Shown here piece by piece: positions 63,755-64,000 of a stretch of 64,000 nt of DNA (position 1 is its first letter; every line of letters begins with the position of its first letter). The DNA lies in contig NC_068996.1 in NCBI RefSeq assembly GCF_001194135.2, positions 25,614,642-25,678,641 on the forward strand. Direction: 5' to 3'. The notes under the pieces were generated by a model that worked only from the letters and a program-made list of their open reading frames with translations, did no database searches and was not told the origin of the DNA. This DNA comes from Octopus bimaculoides (lineage: Eukaryota). The translations under genes and the position numbers were made by a program.

Positions 63755-64000
63755 TAATTCCATCTAAATGAAGTAAAACCTAGTTTGATTAAGAAATGTT
63801 ATCCTGTTAAAAAATTGGGAAATTGTGCATAATTTATATTTAGCTAATTTGCATCTTAGGTATTGAAGTAGTTGTATTAACTAGTATACCAAGTTTTATC
63901 AGTGTATTTATGTACTAAACTTGAAATGCTTCATTTATGCATATTAATTAGTTGAACTTGGTCACTTTTCAACTGTCTTTTACTACAATTGCAAATGAAA

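Larger units (their letters stand above)
31449..64000 (+). other. Long intron (or inter-exon region) of the B56 gene; exon 3 not found in window
   Basis: No conserved B56 core motifs (RELQKLP, LRQCCVLFDF, DPLSDLK) were found by eye. Part of the region is N gaps, which could hide an exon. Confidence 0.6.

Overview
Eukaryotic, AT-rich, repeat-dense draft-assembly window with many N gaps, mostly next to microsatellites. The SINE, RTE, piggyBac-MITE and (CA)n/(TA)n complement looks like an octopus genome (inference). The only host gene I can support is the 5' end of a PP2A B56 gamma/delta-type regulatory subunit gene (PPP2R5C/D-like) on the + strand. It has two tiny phase-0 coding exons whose product the ORF track does not recover: 29658-29684 (MPNKTKKEK) and 31380-31448 (QTPAKTTNAKGSAKESTENTESE). 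They lie in a CpG-retaining promoter domain (~28.95-34.4 kb), and I found no further exon in the remaining >32 kb. The first 29 kb is a transposon graveyard: RTE/RTE-X and CR1/L2 LINE relics, a Chapaev3-like transposase, a MULE relic, a degenerate two-LTR Gypsy provirus about 1 kb upstream of the gene, and two young 5'-truncated Tx1/L1-type LINEs with TSDs. The long intron holds piggyBac MITEs and a transposase relic, Helitron-type elements, an RTE relic, a mariner and a decayed hammerhead-ribozyme motif. The best leads are a tRNA-head SINE sharing its 3' tail with the Tx1/L1-type LINE, a Tx1/L1 copy inserted between the A and B boxes of a SINE, and an intronic Inr/YY1/CATG element that could be a first exon on either strand. 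I cannot demonstrate a wholly new biological system from sequence alone. Boundaries of old repeats are approximate and were read by eye.
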